DNA of 63,442 nt, filler included, from Pelomyxa schiedti (taxonomy: Eukaryota > Protista > Evosea), in NCBI GenBank assembly GCA_020536535.1. It is 8 parts of 8 records of this genome, joined end to end, with 100 filler letters (N's around TTAATTAATTAA, not from the genome) between each part and the next. Parts side by side here need not be neighbours in the genome. Positions count along the whole stretch, not along the records: positions 59,283 to 62,154 come from JAHLWZ010001865.1; positions 62,255 to 63,442 come from JAHLWZ010002723.1; 6 more parts are not named here. The stretch is one strand, 5' to 3'. This document shows, one piece after another, positions 61,179 through 63,442 of this stretch. A model generated the notes under the pieces. The model worked only from the letters and a program-made list of their open reading frames with translations, searched no databases and had not been told where the DNA came from. Every line of letters starts with the position of its first letter. Positions within the stretch are counted from its first letter, which is position 1. The position numbers were made by a program, and so were the translations under genes.

Positions 61179-62254
61179 GTTCTTTGCGTTGCTGGGTTTT
61201 GCAAAACCAAAAATTGGGACAAAAAACACAATCAAATTTCGAAGGGGTATCTGCAATCTACAATCAATTCCAACATCTGATAACTTGGCTGCGTTGCATG
61301 AAATTTTCACCTCAGCACTGTGCCGATACCCTCAAGGTACCTACCGAACTCCCAGGGGGAACCCTGTCCTAAATGATGTGAGCTTGTCTCAGTATGACCG
61401 TGGTGTCTAACGCGAAAACCGCCCAGATCACTTACGTAGAAACGCGTTTAAAGGGTTTAAAAAGTGCGCCAAATGCACTTAGCACAGTTTTTTCGACAAT
61501 TGTGAAATCAGTGCAACGGCTTTACATTTTTTCAATGTAACCTGTTTTTCAGAATACGTTTCCGTTTTCTGGGGCCCTTGTTGTTGCTACATTTGGTCTG
61601 TATACTGCCAATACCATACAAATTGGACTCAGCCTCAGCACTCACGAAGTTTGTACTGAAGGAATAAATAAATACAACTAATTCACCAGTAACCCATTTG
61701 AGAGGTATGCGCTAGGATTAAGACTTATTTGTGTCAAATAAGCCTTTAACGATGCTAGAGTATTTTGTAAAACACTTTACTTTAATATGTCATAAACCAA
61801 AAAAGGTGGTTTGTACCCTCAAGTCACAAGTTAGACTCGGAGGAATTCCCGAACCAGGCAATAAGGAGGCTTTTTGGTTCAGAGTAATTTAATTCTCCCA
61901 TGCTACCCTGAATGTCCTTAGCGTTCACAAAGCAGCACTATTGTTCACACAAGGTTACTTTTCTCTCCTCATTCACCTCCTCAATACAGACACCAAAAAC
62001 AACAACAAATTACTTCCTTTAACTACTCAAACAACACTACCGGCCAAAAACCAGAGCAACATGTACAATCCCCGAGCTAATCTACACTCTTTGCAACCTC
62101 TGTCCACATCCCAACTACCATCGCCACCATTAGATTGGCTTGGGATGCCACCAANNNNNNNNNNNNNNNNNNNNNNNNNNNNNNNNNNNNNNNNNNNNTT
62201 AATTAATTAANNNNNNNNNNNNNNNNNNNNNNNNNNNNNNNNNNNNNNNNNNNN

Positions 62255-62506
62255 AAAAGGAGTTAAAAAGTGACCAATAAAACAGGTTCTTATTTGTTGC
62301 AGAGTCAATTTGTGCATAACCAGCATATTGTGAGAATGTTACATTTTCCTTGTCAAAGTCAGAACATCAAACAGAGGGTGGAAACACGAAACAACAAAAC
62401 CCACAATTCCAGGTAAGACAGTGATGAGATGGTCACTAGGTGCGCCAAGTGCAATAGTTGAGAGAACAACCGCCCCCAACACAATCACTCTGAGACTAAG
62501 GCCCAT
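62255..62506 (-). CDS. Serine carboxypeptidase (S10), 5' end; remainder in or beyond a gap
   Basis: Signal peptide, DHLITVLPG, then FSQYAGYAQIDSATNKNLFYW. Confidence 0.85.
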
Positions 62507-62540
62507 TACCACACCAAAAGACGTTAATGAAAACCCACTT

Positions 62541-62630
62541 GGCTGAATAAAATAATCAACAGACCGGAACGCTGTTCTTTTCGTTATCATAGCTCAGGAT
62601 CGGCGGTCTGGTGTTTTTTTTTATTCAGCC
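62541..62630. mobile_element. ~90-bp palindromic MITE-like element (copy 2)
   Basis: Ends GGCTGAATAAAA...TTTTATTCAGCC with inner CAGACCG/CGGTCTG arms. ACTT on both flanks. Confidence 0.75.
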
Positions 62631-63128
62631 ACTTACAGTTTCTTTCTCCGAAATTCCCGTTCAACGGGAAAGGTGTCGCAGCAGATCTCGACCTCTTTGT
62701 ACGTCAGGGACTTGCCACGTTTTATCCAGCACACAGCACAGTGCCTAGTCTTTTTCATGTGAGCGCACATACGCCCGCCCTCACTTTGGGGCGATTCAGT
62801 TGTTATTGTTTGCACATAATCATCAGGAGTGTGGTGCCCAGCTTGGGGGTCATGACCATGGTTGGGGAGTTGCCCTGCCCGGTCGCCCATTATTTCATTT
62901 CTTGTTGGTGGTTGGGTGATTGCCCGTGGGGTCTTGGTCTTGTTTCCTGCACCACCTCACCTTGGTGTTGCTACTTCATGGACATAAATCGCCTCTGAGG
63001 TCTCGAGTGCCATTGCCATTCATTGCAGCCATCCAAACAACACAAACCCCCTACCTCACACAACACCAAGAATAAAAATTGGGAGCCAACTTGTTGTTGA
63101 ATTTTGATTCGGAAGTCAGATAGGATGT

Positions 63129-63404
63129 TTAGTGTCTAAATGGGCTGGGGCTGGTGCCATCGTCGCGTGGGGTTGTGGGTTCGGTGGGTAAGACCTGGGG
63201 TATTGGGAAAGGCTGCTGGAAGATATAGTTGAGATTGGGAATGGTATTGGGAACAGGAAGGGGGGATCGCCCTCGGTTATTCAGGTTGTAACTCGAGTTC
63301 GTTTCAAAATTAAGTCTGGTCTGTGTCTGTGTTAGTGTCTGTATCATCCTGTCAGTCAGGGGCGTATTGTAGAGTGCTGGGTTCATTTCAGGTGCAGTAG
63401 GCAC
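63129..63404 (-). CDS. Pro/Thr/Asn-rich hypothetical exon at the window edge
   Basis: Open frame only; no motif recognised. Confidence 0.3.
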   Translation of the reverse strand: MPTAPEMNPALYNTPLTDRMIQTLTQTQTRLNFETNSSYNLNNRGRSPLPVPNTIPNLNYIFQQPFPIPQVLPTEPTTPRDDGTSPSPFRH

Positions 63405-63442
63405 TATTCCAATGGCAGCAGACGTAGTGGAAGAACAGTATT

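Noticed and set aside
61461-61476. Lone AAAGTGCGCCAAATGC match to the transposon motif
   Set aside because: Single 16-nt match with no TIR context; chance cannot be excluded.
25714-62254. Recurrent TTAATTAATTAA palindrome and ORFs ending in LIN
   Set aside because: Always embedded in N runs; it is an artificial six-frame stop linker.
1-63442. Alternative genetic code
   Set aside because: Conserved genes (NNT, TRM6, Pol kappa, Cdc20) read through with the standard code once introns are removed.

Overview
63-kb scaffold window from an intron-rich unicellular eukaryote. Most introns are about 40-70 nt GT-AG. There are twelve ~100-N gaps, some containing an artificial TTAATTAATTAA linker. The beta-alpha fused transhydrogenase, bacterial-type sulfurtransferase and expanded families suggest an anaerobic amoebozoan such as an archamoeba (Pelomyxa-like); this is inference only. 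The left third is a repeatedly duplicated block of MORN-coiled-coil-RING genes, tail-to-tail with the 3' end of a CX5R phosphoinositide-phosphatase-like gene. It ends at a 2.8-kb non-coding TIR element with TA flanks and about 18 palindromically arranged CACAAAGTGCGCC motifs. Recognisable genes: sulfurtransferase, two-EF-hand protein, atypical Rab-like GTPase, TRIM-like protein, secreted C39-like peptidase, Ars2-like ZnF/PAM2 protein, Cdc20/Fizzy, four ARDQ-motif proteins, NAD(P) transhydrogenase, ZNF706-like, LRR surface protein, TRM6, Pol kappa and a serine carboxypeptidase. Other notable items are a chromovirus integrase remnant, two further TIR-type elements, three probable GC-AG introns and CpG-rich gene 5' ends. 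No rRNA, tRNA or CRISPR array could be supported. Exon structures were assembled by eye, so boundaries are approximate unless stated.
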